Source of the DNA: Lepidodermella squamata
Taxonomy: Eukaryota > Animalia > Gastrotricha
Reading direction: 5' to 3'
Assembly (NCBI GenBank): GCA_047495785.1
Contig: JBLDXI010000021.1
Span: 2,610,225 to 2,674,224, forward strand
DNA length: 64,000 nt
Made by a program: the position numbers and the translations under genes. The notes beneath the pieces are model-generated. The model ran no database searches and was not told the origin of the DNA. It saw only the letters and a list, made by a program, of their open reading frames with translations. Positions 63,984-64,000 of this stretch are shown here, piece after piece (within the stretch, counting starts at the first letter, position 1; every line of letters begins with the position of its first letter).

Positions 63984-64000
63984 ACTCTCACGAGATGTGT

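Noticed and set aside
63992-64000. Nextera adapter (gagatgtgt)
   Set aside because: Only 9 nt match at the window edge; upstream bases do not match the adapter.

Overview
Eukaryotic (animal-like, compact genome with ~50-60 nt introns, TTAGGG telomeres) region running from ordinary genes into a chromosome-end array. 1-40.9 kb: last exon of mitochondrial HSP70 (HSPA9), an unusual RRM-RRM-GIY-YIG gene, FAM210A, CtBP, a PAN/sushi/Cys-rich membrane protein, an LRR membrane protein, several MITEs and a tRNA-derived SINE. 40.9-64 kb: retroelement copies separated by (TTAGGG)n tracts. Two related families (A, B) of endonuclease-less Penelope-like (Athena-type) elements each have ORF1 with a CX9CX14HX4H finger, a +1-frame RT without GIY-YIG, and a minimal hammerhead ribozyme just upstream of ORF1. 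Both join the telomere at a telomere-complementary motif inside ORF1. The most notable feature is a non-coding 3004-nt unit (C) with its own full hammerhead, the same UAACCCUAAC priming motif as B, a covarying three-way RNA junction next to it and a 178-bp satellite as cargo. It looks like a non-autonomous, telomere-targeted retrozyme mobilised in trans. Telomere polarity inverts near 60.18 kb (end-to-end fusion or misassembly). All calls are by eye; no searches were run.
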